NCBI RefSeq assembly: GCF_006345805.1
Contig: NC_043000.1
Span: forward strand, 41,850,001 to 41,914,000
DNA: 64,000 nt
Direction of reading: 5' to 3'
Source of the DNA: Octopus sinensis
Lineage: Eukaryota
Shown here: piece by piece, positions 63,794-64,000 of the stretch
Numbering within the stretch: position 1 is the first letter of the stretch
Layout of the letters: the number at the start of each line of letters is the position of its first letter
Position numbers and translations under genes: made by a program
The notes under the pieces: model-generated
Databases searched by the model: none
What the model was told of the DNA's origin: nothing
The model's input: the letters and a program-made list of their open reading frames with translations, nothing else

Positions 63794-64000
63794 TAACAAA
63801 TGCGCATAAAATAAATGAATAACTATATAAATCGAGAGCTAATGAGAAAATAATGCACAAGCTTTTAATAGGTAAGTACTTTAAGAAAATAAACTGCATC
63901 AAAGGGTGTTTGGCTTTTACAACTTCCCTTTATGCTTGTACACAATAGGGAAACGCATGTCTTCTGATGCAGCGTTGTAAATAATTCCTTCTAGAAAGAT

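Overview
Repeat-dense eukaryotic DNA with no host protein-coding exon that I can support. The tRNA-derived SINE families and microsatellite load point to an octopod cephalopod, probably Octopus (inference). Nearly all ORF-track entries are microsatellite translations. Recognisable content: (i) many SINEs of at least three families; (ii) non-autonomous Helitrons, including head-to-tail CTAG|TC concatemers and different 5' ends sharing one 3' terminator, plus a dead PIF1-type helicase remnant whose segments are out of order; (iii) Tc1/mariner-superfamily relics: two near-identical inverted mariner copies about 5.4 kb apart, a DD37D (maT) element, a deleted Tigger/pogo and a deleted second mariner; (iv) RLE-type non-LTR retrotransposons in microsatellites: a 3.1-kb R4/Dong-like copy in (TAA)n and two 3' fragments in (TACA)n; (v) an RTE-like fragment with a 10-bp TSD; (vi) Penelope-like remnants and at least six type I hammerhead ribozyme motifs, of which 9639-9730 (minus) is fully canonical; (vii) several near-perfect foldback inverted repeats. 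There is one 100-N gap at 56193-56292. All calls were made by eye without alignment or folding tools, so SINE and degenerate-element boundaries are approximate.
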